Positions 62,142 to 64,000 of a DNA stretch of 64,000 nt are shown piece by piece. A program made the position numbers and the translations under genes. This DNA comes from Vicugna vicugna (taxonomy: Eukaryota), in the NCBI GenBank assembly GCA_013265495.1, contig MU063891.1, positions 1,550,001-1,614,000 on the forward strand, written 5' to 3'. The notes beneath the pieces are model-generated. The model was not told where the DNA came from. It searched no databases and was given only the letters and a program-made list of their open reading frames with translations. The stretch's first letter is position 1. Each line of letters opens with the position of its first letter.

Positions 62142-64000
62142 TTCTGGAGTTTAACAGGAGCTGGTTCTGGATACATTTAAATTCTCAGGCTGAAAAGAGG
62201 TTTTGGGGCTGAGGAGGGGGTGGGCTTGTCCTTCAGCAGTTTCTTTCCTGTCTCAGGAGGGAACAATTAAAGAAGAGGGAGCCCCAGCGTTAATTAAGGT
62301 TGTGGTCACATCACAGAGGTGCCCTTTGGGTCAGTGACTTGTCCGCTGATCCAAGACATGGTTTGGGAATACAGCTGACCCTCCAAGGCAGCGCTGCTGG
62401 AGACCAGAGGGCCTGGCCCTGGGGCCTCAGCCTGGCAGGGCCTCCTGGGTGGCCATAATGTCCTTGAGACGAGGGACAGGCCATGTGTGTGACGGGCTGA
62501 TGTGAGGCGAGGCTGACTTTCAGGCAGTTTGGAAAACTACCAGGTGCCTGGCCCTGGGGTGGCGTGAGAAGTACCAGCTCCCCCCAGCCCCTCAGCCCCT
62601 CCCCGTGACGCCGCTGCTTCCTCCGCCTTCTCCCCCTGGCGGTCTCGGCCCTCCTGAGCCCGTCCTGGGGCAGGCTCGGCTCTGCGTCCCCGGCTGTGCT
62701 GTGTTGCAGCCTCGGGAATGGGCGCAGCAGCCACCTCCAGGCACCTTGCTCCACTGGTTTTTACCAGTTAACAGACATTTCCGTGGCGTTAATACTCCCA
62801 AGTTCACACACATTGAATAAGTAGAACTTTTGAAGTCAAAACGAAAGGCAGAAGCATGCTGCTCCTGCTAAGAGGACAGCCAGTGACTGGGAATCGCTAT
62901 CCTGACATTTGCCACGGGCGATCCAGGGGACTCATGCCACCCCCACCCTGGGGGGACAGCCAGCTGACAAACCAGGGCATCGAGCTCTGGATCAGGACCC
63001 TGTGGGTTCCGTTCAGTAGATCACCAGCCAGCATTAAGAGAAGAGAAGTTCTCAAGAGTGGTTGCATACAGTGAGGGAAAGTGTTAGAAAAAAGAAACTT
63101 GTTTCTCTGTGTGTGTGTAATACACATGCGTACATACCACGTGCAGAATGGGTTTTGGATACCCCGGCCACGCGCCTGCTCAGGTCTCCCAGGTGGCTCT
63201 GGCCTGTTACCGCGGACATTCCCCGTCGTCCTGGTGGAGCCCCTGCTGTGGGTCGGGGGTCCAGTCTCCTGGAGCCGCTGCGTGGACTGCTGGAGGGTTT
63301 TAATGCCCTGCCACCAAACGTGGGTCTGATACACCTGGGCTTCTGCAGGCTCCCCCTTCCTCCTTCCCACCCCACATTCTAAGACCCTCTCATCTGCACG
63401 CAGCCCAAGGAACCATCGCATTATTGGGCATTCTGGGAGAGCACTGATATCTGAGCTTTCCTCACCCTTTGTTCATGGAAGCTTTGGGAACCTGGAAACT
63501 TCTGGAATTCATTTCCAGTGGTGTAAATTAGCACTTCTCTGTTAAAACCCACCTGTACACTGAGGGCAGAACCCGCATCATTTCTCTGTTCAGAGTGTCC
63601 TCTGAGCAGAGCACTTTGAAAAGTGGGTTTACAAAACTGATTTTTGTTGGACCAAAGTATTCTGGTTGCACACCTGTGTCTGCACATCTGTGTATCACAG
63701 CGTTTTTGTGGCAAGAATCAGGGACCTACATTTGCTTTCTTCCTCACCCCCCGCCCCCACAGTCGGTGTGCCAGGGGCTGCGCTGAACTCCTTGCGTGTG
63801 TTGTGGGACGTTCGGTGTGGCCACCAGCGGGGTGTGCGCTGTTGTCCTGGCACTGGCTGGCAGGAGGCGGGCCCACCAGCCACTGTTGCACCGAGACTTG
63901 GTGAGGAAGGGACGGGCACGTCCCGGGGCAGCAGGGCTTCCTCTGGAGTGGCCAGAACAAGGGTGCTGGTCCCCAGGGCCCTTCACTGCCACGGGCAGGG

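Larger units (their letters stand above)
48235..64000 (+). other. AOPEP: AOPEP intron (more than 15.7 kb) downstream of the LLPDQ exon
   Basis: GT donor at 48235. The next expected exon (VRHRWCELIVKH...) was not found before the end of the window. Confidence 0.8.

Noticed and set aside
8230-63421. Long ORFs in GC-rich or repeat DNA (8230-8895, 33203-33727, 45814-46431, 45675-46226, 56682-57365, 62897-63421)
   Set aside because: They have low-complexity G/P/R/A-rich composition, overlap on both strands, show no recognisable domains, and some run into L1 remnants. This is expected noise at high GC.
48235-64000. miR-23b/27b/24-1 hairpins expected in AOPEP 3' introns
   Set aside because: Mature sequences (ATCACATTGCCAGGGATTACC, TTCACAGTGGCTAAGTTCTGC, TGGCTCAGTTCAGCAGGAACAG) were not found by eye. 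They should lie beyond the window, after two further coding exons.
1-64000. CRISPR arrays, operons, viral or prokaryotic inserts
   Set aside because: No regularly spaced repeats or compact multi-gene coding blocks were seen. Everything fits a mammalian intron.

Overview
Mammalian genomic DNA. The tRNA-derived SINE copies look like the camelid Vic-1 family, so the source is most likely a camel or alpaca. The window is almost entirely intronic sequence of AOPEP (aminopeptidase O, C9orf3) on the + strand. Only one confident coding exon is present: 48118-48234, 117 nt, LLPDQLV...EQDAE, phase 0 at both ends. Neither neighbouring coding exon, nor the miR-23b/27b/24-1 hairpins known to lie further 3' in AOPEP, was found inside the window. 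The intron carries a young 5'-truncated antisense L1 with a perfect 16-bp TSD, four short tRNA-derived SINEs, and older L1, L2, MIR, MLT1, Tigger and hAT remnants. It also holds two CpG islands (about 33.0-33.4 kb and 35.9-36.15 kb). The strongest lead is the 36-kb island. It looks like an internal promoter with a short first exon that cannot splice in frame to the AOPEP exon, so it may drive a non-coding (miRNA-host-type) transcript. A speculative frame-compatible chain (exon 1, a 15-nt microexon, then an exon largely hidden by a 132-nt N run) could encode a microprotein. Other oddities: every visible SINE has lost an RNA Pol III promoter box; two independent L1s sit in near-identical target sequences; and four N runs in the L1 preserve exact ORF2 length, so they look like masks rather than gaps. 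Family assignments and reference comparisons are from recall and were not database-checked.
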